From an uncultured virus (IMG/VR IMGVR_UViG_3300026408_000032) (Duplodnaviria > Heunggongvirae > Uroviricota > Caudoviricetes): DNA of 64,000 bases. Positions 46,777 to 56,819 of the stretch are shown here, in pieces. The notes beneath the pieces are model-generated. The model ran no database searches. It was not told the origin of the DNA and worked only from the letters and a program-made list of their open reading frames with translations. A program made the position numbers and the translations under genes. The stretch is taken from the IMG/VR virus record IMGVR_UViG_3300026408_000032. One strand, written 5' to 3'. The stretch's first letter is position 1. Every line of letters begins with the position of its first letter.

Positions 46777-47523
46777 TTGGAACAGATGCCCAAGGAAATC
46801 GCTGGCGCAATCGTGCTCGTCATGCGCGCGATCGGTCGGCTCGTTAAGGACGGCAAGAACAACCACGGCGGCTATTCCTACGCCTCCACAGATGCGTTCC
46901 TAGAGGCGATTAATCCGGCGTGCGCCGAAGCTGGCCTCATCGTCAAACCCCGCTGCGTCGAAAGCTCTGTCGTTTCTGTCGAGGTTCTCGATAAGACATC
47001 GAAGCAGGTTGTGCAGAAGCGCATGGTGCAGGCCACCTATAGCTTCATCCTGATCCACGAAAGCGGCGCTACTTGGTCGGACGATTCCGAGCGACGGACG
47101 ATCATGCTGGACCATACCGGGCCGCAGTCGTTTGGTGCCGCCGAAAGCTATGCGGTCAAAACGTTCATGCGTTCGCTGTTCCTGGTCGCCACCGGCGATA
47201 AGGACGCCGACGCACAAGAGCAGCATCAGGCCGAAGTCATCCGCGCCACCGTCAAAGCCGTCAAGGCAAAGAAGGAAACCGGCGAAGGCCAAATCCTGAT
47301 CGACTTCGGCAACGGCATGGAGCCGATCGCAGCCTCCGACGTGCAGACCCGCGTCTTGACCTACATGGCCGAAATCGGCAGCGCCAAAGGCTGCTCAGAT
47401 TGGTGGGCAGAACAGAAGCACGGTCGCGAGCAGTTCCACAACGAATTTCCGAAACTCGCGCTCGAACTCAAGCGCAAGGTCGAAGCCTACATCGGCTCTC
47501 TCACGCAAGAAGCCGCCGAATAA
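46777..47523 (+). CDS. ERF-family ssDNA-annealing protein
   Basis: K.GKN..Y.YAS, HESG, Q.FGAA.SYA.K..F.V.TGD.DAD. Confidence 0.85.
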   Translation: MEQMPKEIAGAIVLVMRAIGRLVKDGKNNHGGYSYASTDAFLEAINPACAEAGLIVKPRCVESSVVSVEVLDKTSKQVVQKRMVQATYSFILIHESGATWSDDSERRTIMLDHTGPQSFGAAESYAVKTFMRSLFLVATGDKDADAQEQHQAEVIRATVKAVKAKKETGEGQILIDFGNGMEPIAASDVQTRVLTYMAEIGSAKGCSDWWAEQKHGREQFHNEFPKLALELKRKVEAYIGSLTQEAAE

Positions 47524-47548
47524 CATTTCCAACCTCATGGGGGACACT

Positions 47549-48247
47549 ATGAAAGCACTCACACTCGTAATTTCTGCCGCTGCACTCGCAATGACAACGC
47601 CTGCAAAAGCTGATCCGTCATGGACTGGCCCTTACATCGGTGCGCATGTCGGCGGTGCATGGGGCAACGCTTCAACTACCGATGACGCTGCTGACTGGGG
47701 CAATGACAAGAAATTCATCGGCCCGTTTGACTATAATCCTTCGGGCGCATTCGGCGGCGCGACTGCCGGTTACAATTTGCAGATCGATCGCGTCGTCGTC
47801 GGCGTCGAGGGAGACCTTGGCTATCTGGGGCTCTCAGGATCGATGGACACGCCGTCTTCTCAGTCGGGCAATCATCAGACCTTGAACGTTGACGGTGGCC
47901 TCTACGGCGTTGCTGCGGCCCGCGCTGGCATCCTCGTGACTCCGGCGACCCTTCTGTACGGGAAAGGCGGCTTCGCATTCTTCGACGGTGAGGCAACGCA
48001 GACGACAACCGCCAAGGGTTACGAGACGCACGGCACGTCCACCTTTACCGGATGGGCGGTCGGTGGCGGCATCGAGCATCGTCTGACCGATAACCTCTCG
48101 GTCCGTGTCGAATACCTCCACCTGGAATTTGGCACCGAAGACGGCGACCAGACCTCGCTGACGGATGCTCCCGTAGGGCATGTTTATGAGAGCCACACAT
48201 CGCTCAAGGCGGACAGTGTGCGCGTCGGTCTGAACTATCAGTTCTAA
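47549..48247 (+). CDS. Outer-membrane beta-barrel (Omp25/RopB-like)
   Basis: Signal peptide AKA/D, WTG.YIG..GG, GYN.Q...V.GVE.D, GW.VGGG.E, C-terminal GLNYQF. Confidence 0.92.
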   Translation: MKALTLVISAAALAMTTPAKADPSWTGPYIGAHVGGAWGNASTTDDAADWGNDKKFIGPFDYNPSGAFGGATAGYNLQIDRVVVGVEGDLGYLGLSGSMDTPSSQSGNHQTLNVDGGLYGVAAARAGILVTPATLLYGKGGFAFFDGEATQTTTAKGYETHGTSTFTGWAVGGGIEHRLTDNLSVRVEYLHLEFGTEDGDQTSLTDAPVGHVYESHTSLKADSVRVGLNYQF

Positions 48248-48279
48248 TCCGAGAATGAACACAAACGCGAGAGGCCATC

Positions 48280-49512
48280 ATGCTCGCTAGCAATTTGACG
48301 AAGCCGACGTCGGCAAAGCCACTAGCCAGTAACGGCAAGAAGCACGATTCAATTCTAAACTGGGACACCGCTGAATGTCTCGGAGAGTTTCACGAGTTGG
48401 TGCAACATCCTCCCATGCACTCTGTCGTGGTCCATATTGAACCCGAGGCGGCTGAGCAGTTGCTGATTGTCACAAATTCCAAAAACCGACCAATGAGCCG
48501 GAGCTTTGCCAAACGCTTGGGCAACCTGATCGAAGCCGAAGAATACGCCATCACTGGGGACACGATTAAGTTCTCCAAGAGTGGCACCCTATTGGACGGT
48601 CAGCATCGTCTCCAGGGGTGTGTCAACTCCAAGCGGGCCATAATCAGCCACATGGTTTTCGGACTTGATGACGATATTTTTGATGTACTTGACCAAGGCC
48701 ACAAACGGACGGCTGGCGACATTCTCGCGCTTTGCGGGGTTGAAGAATATACGCTGACGGCGGCTTCAATTGCATGGGTACACACGCTGCGCAACGGGCG
48801 TACCTCTAATGCTAGCGGCCTGACACCGCGCGCAATTCGCGTCCTTGCGACTGGCGAAATGAGTGACATCGCACGCTATCTCCGCGATGCACGCCTCATC
48901 AGTTCGGCATTCAAGCACCCGCCGTCGTTGCTTGCCGCGATCCTCTACATCATCGGACAAAAGAGCGAAGCTCTGGCGAAATCGTTCGCCCACGAATGGG
49001 TTCACGGTCCGCGCATCGGACGAAACGAGAACTTTGACGTTCTCTCTGGTCGATTTCTTGCCGTGCAGCGGCAGGGCGGCGGCCACATCAACCGTTGGGT
49101 CCGGGCGGCCCTCATCGTGCAAACGTTCAATCACTGGAATGCTGATGAGGTCGCGTCGCCTCGCAGTTTGACTTGGCGCAAAGAGTGGAAATTCCCTGAG
49201 TTCGAATTTAACGCCGCCTCGTTTCGAAAGCGCCGTGGCGAGGCTGAGCAAGAAGATACGCGGCTGACGGCGTCACAGGTCCGTCTACTAGCCGTCATGA
49301 CGAACAGCATTGGCGACGATGGCCTTGTCCGACTGTCTCATGCGGACCTCGCGACATCTGCAAACGTACCGCGTGGCAGCCTCAGCTATCTCATCGGCAC
49401 ACTTTTAAACGAGGGCGCAATTGAGATTGCTGAGGAACGCATTGGCACATCGCCAGCAGCCTATCGGATCGACGGGAAGTCACTCGATAGGCTTAAAGCA
49501 AAGGCGGCTTGA
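48280..49512 (+). CDS. ParB-like (DGQHR motif) protein with C-terminal winged HTH
   Basis: NR.., I.F...G.LLDGQHRL, D.G..RT..D. Confidence 0.75.
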   Translation: MLASNLTKPTSAKPLASNGKKHDSILNWDTAECLGEFHELVQHPPMHSVVVHIEPEAAEQLLIVTNSKNRPMSRSFAKRLGNLIEAEEYAITGDTIKFSKSGTLLDGQHRLQGCVNSKRAIISHMVFGLDDDIFDVLDQGHKRTAGDILALCGVEEYTLTAASIAWVHTLRNGRTSNASGLTPRAIRVLATGEMSDIARYLRDARLISSAFKHPPSLLAAILYIIGQKSEALAKSFAHEWVHGPRIGRNENFDVLSGRFLAVQRQGGGHINRWVRAALIVQTFNHWNADEVASPRSLTWRKEWKFPEFEFNAASFRKRRGEAEQEDTRLTASQVRLLAVMTNSIGDDGLVRLSHADLATSANVPRGSLSYLIGTLLNEGAIEIAEERIGTSPAAYRIDGKSLDRLKAKAA

Positions 49513-49589
49513 GGGATCAGCGACCCGCTCCACGGGACATAGAGGGGCACGTTATTTCATGTGCCGTGGGGCGGGTAAGGGGGAATGAG

Positions 49590-49955
49590 ATGAACGCGCA
49601 CGCAAAAATCTCCGAGCTTCCGCAGCAAGAGCGGCCGATCAGCGAGGAATACCGTCTCGTTGCAAAGCGCTGGATCGACGCCGACGCTGCCGCCCGCTTG
49701 CGCGAAGAAATGAAAACAACTTCGTTGGAACAGATGAAGCAAGACCTCATCAATCGCGAAGGCGACATGCCGGACTCTCATGCCGAACGTCGCGTCAAGG
49801 CCGGGAAGGATTGGGAAGAATACATCAGAGCAATGGTCGAAGCGCGAACGGACGCGAACCGGCTGAAAGCTCAACTCGAATACGTGCGCATGAAGTTTTC
49901 CGAGCATCAGGATTTTAACGCGTCGGCTCGCGCTGAAATGAGGCTCAGCCGATGA
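49590..49955 (+). CDS. Hypothetical coiled-coil protein
   Basis: Purine-rich SD before ATG 49590. Confidence 0.65.
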   Translation: MNAHAKISELPQQERPISEEYRLVAKRWIDADAAARLREEMKTTSLEQMKQDLINREGDMPDSHAERRVKAGKDWEEYIRAMVEARTDANRLKAQLEYVRMKFSEHQDFNASARAEMRLSR

Positions 49956-50718
49956 ACATCCCCTCCGAGATCAAAGCAGAAGCAGAACGCCTGATGTGGA
50001 AATACCTAGACGCTCTCAAGGCAAAGGACCAGCCGGAACAGAAGCGCCTCTATCGAGACATCATGGCCCTTTGCGGCGTTCTTGAAGCTGCTGGGGAAGA
50101 CGTGGAGTACATTCGATGACCGACGCTCAGCTCCAGTGCTTCCTAGAGCGCCTGCGCTCCTACCACGGCGCATGTCGTGTGAAGCTCGAAATGTTCTTCG
50201 AGGACGGTCAGAGCATCTATCAGGAGGCCGTGAGCGAATGAACCAGCCCGATGATCTTTTGCAGGCGGTTGCACGAGCCATCGCTGGCGAGGATGGCTGC
50301 TGCTGTCTCTGGAATTCTGACGGCCGGTGTTGCCAGACAAAGGTTGCGCGGGCGGCATTTCAGATCATCGCATGGCGAACCGGCTTGACGCTTGAATGGC
50401 TCGAAGGCGCGGAGAAAATTTACGAGGCGAAGAAGTTGCAGAAGGCACCTGCGAAATGAACCCTCGCGATCTATCAGCCCAGACAGCCTCTCTACGGCAC
50501 GTCCTTCACTTCGCAGACAGCGACGAAATCCGCGCCTGCGTCGAGCAAGCCATAAAGACTCTCGAATGGATGCAGAAAGGCGAACTTGTTTTGAAAGAGC
50601 TGATGCGCCTCCGAAAGGAAGACCCGGAATTGTTTGAGACGCTACGCCGGTTATTCGGCATGGGTGCCAAGCTCTCAGACATTCGAAAGACCGAGGAAAT
50701 GGCAGAGGAAATGGGGCT

Positions 50719-51057
50719 GTGAGGCGAGAGTTCTCAAAGAAGGTCAAACTTGCGGCTTGGCAGCGCTGCGGCGGCATCTGCGAGTGCGGCTGTGGGGTGA
50801 AGATCATCACGGGCGATGGTCCCGAGTACGATCATCGCATCGAGGATGCGATCGGCGGCGATCCGACATTGGAAAACTGCGTCGTGATGCGGAAGCGCTG
50901 TCACGATGCCAAGACCAAGCGCCGGCGCCCTGAACTCGACAAGACGCGCCGTCTTTTCGAAAAGCAGATCAACGCTCGAAAATCATCGAAGCCGATGCCA
51001 TGCGGTCGGAACTCGCCACTCAAGAAAAAGATGAACGGGGAAGTCGTTCCTCGGTGA
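50719..51057 (+). CDS. HNH endonuclease
   Basis: RC.G.CEC, EYDH..GGD...ENC...CH..KT. Confidence 0.85.
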   Translation: MRREFSKKVKLAAWQRCGGICECGCGVKIITGDGPEYDHRIEDAIGGDPTLENCVVMRKRCHDAKTKRRRPELDKTRRLFEKQINARKSSKPMPCGRNSPLKKKMNGEVVPR

Positions 51058-51095
51058 ACCCATCACTCCCAGATTCAGAAGGCTGATAGATAAAT

Positions 51096-51749
51096 ATGGA
51101 ACAAGAAAAAATAGGAAGTGATTTGGTTCAAGCGGACAGCGTGCCTGCGGATTCTTCCGAGAAATTCAACTCGGCAGATGAGAAAACAGCCAAAGGCAAA
51201 ACATCAACGTTTGTGATCCATCACGATAGATGTGATCCGTCGAAATGGACGATCGCGCAATGGAAGCTACTGGCCGATTTCATAAAGCATGGCTCTCTCC
51301 AATACGCTGCGGGCTTAGCGCGACATGGAATGCAGTTGAAGCTTGACGACCGCCTACAGGTCAGCGGCGGTGAGATTGAGCATGTTGGGTGGGCGTTCGG
51401 TCGCAAGGGAGATTTTGAGATCGACACCTTTGGCGAGAGCCTTAACGACATAGTCCAGGATGATCTCGATGTTTCCGAAGTTGTCCCGATTTATCGCGGT
51501 CAAACTCAATGGGCCGTGTCATTTGCGATTGGCGACGAGGAAGGTTTCGTCGAGGGCCATGAGGTAGAGACATTCGATAATGCGGCTGACGCCGAGAAGT
51601 TTGTAGCCAGTATAATTGATGAGGCCGAGAGTCAGGCTGCGCAGTCCGATGCCGAGGTGAATTTCTCGAACGAAGCCGAGCGTGCAGACGTCAGCTTGAA
51701 CCAAATACTTCCTACCGGCGCATCCAATAAGGAGGGCGGGAAGTCGTGA
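51096..51749 (+). CDS. Acidic hypothetical protein
   Basis: 217-aa ORF in the early operon. Confidence 0.6.
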   Translation: MEQEKIGSDLVQADSVPADSSEKFNSADEKTAKGKTSTFVIHHDRCDPSKWTIAQWKLLADFIKHGSLQYAAGLARHGMQLKLDDRLQVSGGEIEHVGWAFGRKGDFEIDTFGESLNDIVQDDLDVSEVVPIYRGQTQWAVSFAIGDEEGFVEGHEVETFDNAADAEKFVASIIDEAESQAAQSDAEVNFSNEAERADVSLNQILPTGASNKEGGKS

Positions 51750-51973
51750 CGCTCGAACAACTCCGCTCCCTTCAAGAGAACAGATAGGAACTGGAAAATG
51801 AATTACGGATGGCCAATAGCTTTCGCGTTCGTAGGCATGTGCATGGCGATTGCGTGGGCGAACGCCAACCAACCACCGTCCAGGAACGAAAACGACGTCG
51901 CAATCGAGTGCATTAAGGCCAAAGGTCAGATGAACATTTGGGGCCGGTGCATCATGTCGAACGAGGCAAAGCC

Positions 51974-52444
51974 ATGAACCTCTCTACTCTCAAATCTCTA
52001 CAAGCAAGAATAAGAGAAGCGACCGGGGCGGATCGGGAATTGGACTGCGCAATTGCCAATCTTCACGGCTGGCGCTGCGATGCCGACTATAACTACACGC
52101 CATCAGGCGCGATGACGCTCGAAGAACCGCCTCCCTACACATCCGATCCAGAGGGCCTTGGTGCTTGCGTCGCTCTGTGTCGTGAAGTTCTCCCCGGCTA
52201 TGCGTGGAAGGTCGGGACATGTTGTGTCTCTGACGACGCATGGGTTGTTCCAGACTTCAATTGTCCCGTTCATGGCGAACGGCTTCGCGAGAAGTTTGGC
52301 GAGATCGAGTGGGGCAGCATCTGGGATACCGGCATCGACATTGACCGGCGCCCATCAGGCAACGTCTGTTTAGCGTTTCTCGACGGAATTGTGAGTGCTC
52401 TTATTGCAGAGGAAGAAGCGAAGCTAACGGAGAAAGCGGGATGA
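51974..52444 (+). CDS. Hypothetical phage protein
   Basis: TG.DRELD..I, PPYT, LPG..W motifs; GAGG SD. Confidence 0.7.
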   Translation: MNLSTLKSLQARIREATGADRELDCAIANLHGWRCDADYNYTPSGAMTLEEPPPYTSDPEGLGACVALCREVLPGYAWKVGTCCVSDDAWVVPDFNCPVHGERLREKFGEIEWGSIWDTGIDIDRRPSGNVCLAFLDGIVSALIAEEEAKLTEKAG

Positions 52445-52680
52445 GGCCGCAAACATTAAACGGAGTTCCAGTCGTCGTGACGGAGAGCGCCACTGCTGCG
52501 CTCCCGGTCGAGCGTTGGGACTGGTCTGCGTATCGCTCGCCATCTCGCGCAAAGCGTCGTCGTGACCGCCGTAAGGTTATCACGCGCGAACCAGCCTGTT
52601 ATCAGATGGAAGGCAAGATCGTCATTCACCCGCGTCTTTGGGCAGAAGTCCGCACCTTATCTAAAGATCAGGGGGAATAG
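52441..52680 (+). CDS. Small hypothetical protein
   Basis: RSPSRA.RR..IVIHP; coupled ORF. Confidence 0.6.
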   Translation: MRPQTLNGVPVVVTESATAALPVERWDWSAYRSPSRAKRRRDRRKVITREPACYQMEGKIVIHPRLWAEVRTLSKDQGE

Positions 52681-52888
52681 AGATGCTGCAGCGGCTTATC
52701 GAGCACTTTGATTGCTGGCGCGCATGCCGACGCCTACGTCAAACGCTTCGTCGCAACGACATGAAAACAATTGCCGACGTGAAGCGAGAACTCGGATTTA
52801 CACAGCATACAGACACTCAGGGGAAGTAACTTGGACGAGAAAACAAAACCGACAGAGCAATTTCAATTCGGGACTTGGTAGAAATGAC

Positions 52889-53299
52889 ATGAGGAAAAAA
52901 CGCAAACGACCGTCAGCGATAGTTGGAAAGTCGCCGTTGGCGACGGTCGAGAATATCAAGACACTCGGGTTACTTCTGGCCGAATCTAAGAAAGCAAAGC
53001 CGGAAGATAAGTTCGCAATCTGGGACAAATACCTAACTGAAATCATCGAAAGGATAGCACCCGAAATGGCACCGAAGAAACAGCCAAAGCTCACGACCAC
53101 CATCGCAATAGACATGGTGAAGCGCATCGAGGCGCTGCAGGATCAGATCGACGACATCTACGCGGAAGCCCGTTCTTATGACGGCACGAACAACGACTCC
53201 GTTATTCACGATGCGGTTTCTGCGCGCCGCGAGAAGCGGGATGCGCAAGAGAGCGAGGATGCTCTCCTTGGCAGCTTCGATGCTGAGGACGTTTTTTGA
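52889..53299 (+). CDS. Protein with GapR/DUF2312-like C-terminal segment
   Basis: RIEAL.D.I.DIYAEAR..D..V..R..E..ALL. Confidence 0.5.
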   Translation: MRKKRKRPSAIVGKSPLATVENIKTLGLLLAESKKAKPEDKFAIWDKYLTEIIERIAPEMAPKKQPKLTTTIAIDMVKRIEALQDQIDDIYAEARSYDGTNNDSVIHDAVSARREKRDAQESEDALLGSFDAEDVF

Positions 53300-53367
53300 A
53301 AGGCGATGACATACGGGGGTGGGTTCTCTCCCTTCCCCCACCCCCAGCATCAGAGGAGAGATGAGGG

Positions 53368-53745
53368 ATGACGACGCTGACAGATAGCATATCGGCAGAC
53401 GATCTGCGCTCCGAAGCGGTGGAGGCCCTTCGACTGTTGGGGCTCTCTCGTGATGATTATGACCGAGAGGAATACCTGCTTTCGTTGCTCAAGGTTGTTT
53501 TTCAACGAGGGGCGATTGCGGCAGGCGATAGGGATATTTCGAAGAACGATCGAACGCTGGCTCTTATCGGGACACTTACCGCACAGCGGGAGGCGATCCG
53601 TTCCGCAACGATTGAGGAATGCGCCAAGGTGGCGGACTCTTACGAACAGAACGCACGCGAGCACGGAGCGACCCCTCAAGCCAATGCGTTTGAGATGCTT
53701 GCGAAATCCATCCGTTCACTAACGAAGGCGGGGAAGGGGGAGTAA
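53368..53745 (+). CDS. Hypothetical protein
   Basis: IEECAKVAD motif; AGGAG SD. Confidence 0.6.
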   Translation: MTTLTDSISADDLRSEAVEALRLLGLSRDDYDREEYLLSLLKVVFQRGAIAAGDRDISKNDRTLALIGTLTAQREAIRSATIEECAKVADSYEQNAREHGATPQANAFEMLAKSIRSLTKAGKGE

Positions 53746-53750
53746 AGGTT

Positions 53751-54152
53751 ATGGCCTTGTTTCGTACATTCGAGGAAGCGGTGGAGGCGATCTATCCGCC
53801 TGACCGCAGACCGCGTGTGCGTACCCTGCGTGAAAGAATGGCGGCCGTGCAATGCGTCGTCTACGACGGCCGTGAGTGCTATACCACCGACGCTCTGATC
53901 GAAAAATTCAAGGCTCAGCTATGCAAGGCTACCGCTCCAAGCTCAAACCAGTTAAGCGGCGCAAGAAAACGAAGGAAGGGGCCGAAACGTATTGGGTCGC
54001 GCGTGGCTTCATTCCAGTTCGAAGACGAGACGGCACTTTCGCCCGAAGACGAATTGAACGCAGCCTTGGAGGCCACACGGCTAAGGAAAGGCAAGCCGAA
54101 GTCGATAAGCTCAACCAAGCCTTTGAAGATGCTGCCCAGAACATCAGTCTGA
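53751..54152 (+). CDS. Putative excisionase, overlapping the integrase 5' end
   Basis: Short HTH-like N-terminus directly upstream of int. Confidence 0.5.
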   Translation: MALFRTFEEAVEAIYPPDRRPRVRTLRERMAAVQCVVYDGRECYTTDALIEKFKAQLCKATAPSSNQLSGARKRRKGPKRIGSRVASFQFEDETALSPEDELNAALEATRLRKGKPKSISSTKPLKMLPRTSV

Positions 54153-55096
54153 CGTTTGCGAAGGCGTACAACAATTATATCGGCGTCGGTAAAGAAGTGC
54201 CGATGCTAGGCGAACAGATCCTTCACGAACTCGGCGTCCGCCAGTGCATTGAGATTGACGATAGCGTAATGCTTGCGGCGAAGGCTGTTATTTTCAAAGC
54301 CGACGCTAAGCCTTCCTATATCAACCGCCACCTCTACACGCCTGTTCATGCCATCCTGAAGATGGCGCTCAAGGAAGCGACGCCTCAGTTGACGCGGCCG
54401 GAGGGTCACAAGGACTCGCCAGAAATTCAAATCCCGGATCAGAACTGGTTCCGCGTTGTCGGGCAGCAAATGGGGATCGACACCCGCGCCCTGGTTTACT
54501 TCCTGACGATCCACGGCCGCCGTCTCGGGGATGCCCTCGGACGCATCCCAGACAACTTCGACCCGACGGCCGGGACGCTAATGATCGGCAAGACCAAGAC
54601 GGGCAAGCCGCTATTCATCGATCTGCATCCGACCGTGGTCGAGGCGTTCAAGCTGATGCCGGACTGGCAGAAGCGCCGCTGGCTGTTCAGAGACGGACCC
54701 AACTCCGGCAACAACGTCCGGAAGGACATTCTCGTCGCGGTGCTAAAGGCCAACGGCTTCGACCCAAAAGACTTCCAGCGCAAGGTGAAGGGGCGGCCGC
54801 CGCAGATCGATGAGGCGAAGGCCCGCGACTACATCCGCGAGCACGGCTCGGTGCCCTACTTCGGAACACATGCCATCGGGCGGCATTCAGCGGCGACGCG
54901 AGCTTTGCTCGCCGGGTACAGCCTGCTCCACGTGCAGAAGATGTACGGCTGGGACACCATCGAAATGCTCTCGCGCCGCTATGGTCACTTGGCGAAGGCT
55001 GAGACGAATGCGGCAGTGCACAAGGTTGCAGATGCGTTCATTGAACAAATTGAAAACAAATCAAAGAAGGAAAGCGGCGAACGCGATGGATATTAG
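53921..55096 (+). CDS. int: Tyrosine integrase
   Basis: G.R.GD (R), KTKTG (K), HAIGRH, GW, RRY.H; near attR. Confidence 0.92.
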   Translation: MQGYRSKLKPVKRRKKTKEGAETYWVARGFIPVRRRDGTFARRRIERSLGGHTAKERQAEVDKLNQAFEDAAQNISLTFAKAYNNYIGVGKEVPMLGEQILHELGVRQCIEIDDSVMLAAKAVIFKADAKPSYINRHLYTPVHAILKMALKEATPQLTRPEGHKDSPEIQIPDQNWFRVVGQQMGIDTRALVYFLTIHGRRLGDALGRIPDNFDPTAGTLMIGKTKTGKPLFIDLHPTVVEAFKLMPDWQKRRWLFRDGPNSGNNVRKDILVAVLKANGFDPKDFQRKVKGRPPQIDEAKARDYIREHGSVPYFGTHAIGRHSAATRALLAGYSLLHVQKMYGWDTIEMLSRRYGHLAKAETNAAVHKVADAFIEQIENKSKKESGERDGY

Positions 55097-55595
55097 AAAA
55101 GTGAATGATGACGAGATTGATGCGTTGCTACGCCGGTTTGCTCCGATACCTAGTCTTCATGACATTTGCCAGGTCTATGGCGTGTACTGCGAAGGCTATG
55201 TGAAGATTGGGTACGCTGCTAACTTAGCTAGCCGCGTCGGAGTATTTCGAACGTCGTGCCCCTTTCCTGTTGAGGCCATTTTCAGTCAGTCGGCAATGCG
55301 GGCGTCGGCTGTCGTGACGGAACAGCTACTTCATCTCCACTTCGGAGAACACCGCCATCGCGGCGAATGGTTCAAGATCGAAAAGACTGCGCTGCAAGAA
55401 ATTGCCAAGGGCATAGATAGGGCCATCAGGTGGACGCAGGCCGCACATTCTAGGTTGATCACACAAGACGCCGATTACATCCAAACCTACCAAGACTTCG
55501 AGCGGGCGAATTGGCGGCCAGAGGGGGCAAAAGTGGGGCTGCGCGGGTGGGGCCTGAAATCAAAATCTATAGATTTACCCAACAAAACATGCTAA
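55086..55595 (+). CDS. GIY-YIG/T5orf172-like protein
   Basis: VY..YVKIGY..R..E..LH..F...R.RGEWF. Confidence 0.8.
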   Translation: MDIRKVNDDEIDALLRRFAPIPSLHDICQVYGVYCEGYVKIGYAANLASRVGVFRTSCPFPVEAIFSQSAMRASAVVTEQLLHLHFGEHRHRGEWFKIEKTALQEIAKGIDRAIRWTQAAHSRLITQDADYIQTYQDFERANWRPEGAKVGLRGWGLKSKSIDLPNKTC

Positions 55596-55626
55596 AAACC
55601 GTTTGCCATATAATCAATGAGACGCT

Positions 55627-55674
55627 GCCCTCCGAAGGCGAAGGTCACAGGTTCGAATCCTGTCGGGTGCGCCA
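55627..55674 (+). repeat. attR core (3' part of tRNA-Arg)
   Basis: Identical to 76-123. Confidence 0.96.
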
Positions 55675-55999
55675 CCTAGCTAACAAGCAGCATTTCCTAA
55701 GAAAAACGAACGTTTTTAGCCCGACGGTACCTTGTGGAGGTTCCTTCGGTACCTAGATTTCATTTTTTTGGACCGCGTGAAGTTTCCTGTCAATCGCAAG
55801 CTCTGTCGAGGCTCGAAATGTGCTCGGCCATCGGGACGAAGATGACGAGTTGCACCGATAGTCCCTTAGAGAACGGAGGGCACTCTCAGTTTGACGTTAC
55901 GCCTCCTCAGGCGAACGACAGAACGCACGTCGCGAGCCAACAGTAACGAAAAGCGACCTCGATAACATGGAGGGGCTCTATGGGAGCCCTTCTCGCGTT

Positions 56000-56326
56000 T
56001 TAGAAGTGCCAAGCTCGATACAAGATCGTGATAGCAGCAGCGAACACAACGAGACGGTACGCAAATTTAAGGAGGGTGGCGAGCAGCTCTACGTTTGCGG
56101 ACTTCGGCACATCCCGAAGCTTCTCAAAATGCTCGTTGAGTGCTTGGTGCTCCAAGTAACGCTCTCGAAGGGTAGTTAGCTCTTCTGGTGTCGGTTCCCG
56201 CGCTCCCGGCGTTTGATCACGTACAGCACTGAACTTCTGCGCGATGACATCAGCAATTCTTGAGAACCGCATATGGGCGACGTAATTACCGCCACCGACC
56301 GTCCACAACTGCTTGCTCTCGCTCAT
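56000..56326 (-). CDS. Hypothetical protein with C-terminal TM
   Basis: ORF and hydrophobic tail. Confidence 0.5.
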   Translation of the reverse strand: MSESKQLWTVGGGNYVAHMRFSRIADVIAQKFSAVRDQTPGAREPTPEELTTLRERYLEHQALNEHFEKLRDVPKSANVELLATLLKFAYRLVVFAAAITILYRAWHF

Positions 56327-56339
56327 CTGTATCCACCGA

Positions 56340-56753
56340 TTACCTTGGTCTACACTTTCCCATAAATGTAGCCTTCGGGGAAATCTTGAGAGTCAGTTCA
56401 CTATTGGCGACCCTATATCCACCGACCATCTCGGTCTTACCGAAATCCCAAAAGACGAACATCGCCAACGTGCCATCTCCAACTCGCTCAAGTCTGGACA
56501 CATAATCTGCCAGTCCGGCGTTATCCAACTGAATCCTCAGGTCTCCGTCACTCTCTGACCAGAGATGAACCCACCAGCGGTATTCGGAAAGTTCTACATG
56601 AGCAATATCGGCTCGTGAGGGAGCAGTGCCGTGGAAGTTCAAATTGCCGTCGCACGTAAGCGCGGTAGTCGTCGTGGAAAAATTGAACACAGCGAGCAAG
56701 GCTATTCCGGCCAAAACTAATAGGCACAGCACTAGCTTCGCAGCTGACTTCAC
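56340..56753 (-). CDS. Exported/membrane-anchored hypothetical protein
   Basis: N-terminal hydrophobic helix; GAGG SD. Confidence 0.6.
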   Translation of the reverse strand: MKSAAKLVLCLLVLAGIALLAVFNFSTTTTALTCDGNLNFHGTAPSRADIAHVELSEYRWWVHLWSESDGDLRIQLDNAGLADYVSRLERVGDGTLAMFVFWDFGKTEMVGGYRVANSELTLKISPKATFMGKCRPR

Positions 56754-56819
56754 GGTCGCACCTCATTCTTTAGGTCATGCAAAGGCGCTGATCTAGTAAC
56801 CGGCGAATCTTGTACAAAA

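Noticed and set aside
54810..55085. N-terminal extension of the GIY-YIG-like ORF
   Set aside because: It overlaps the integrase catalytic region; ATG 55086 is more plausible.
55627..55674. Second tRNA-Arg
   Set aside because: Only the 3' 48 nt are present, with no 5' acceptor strand or D-arm; this is attR.
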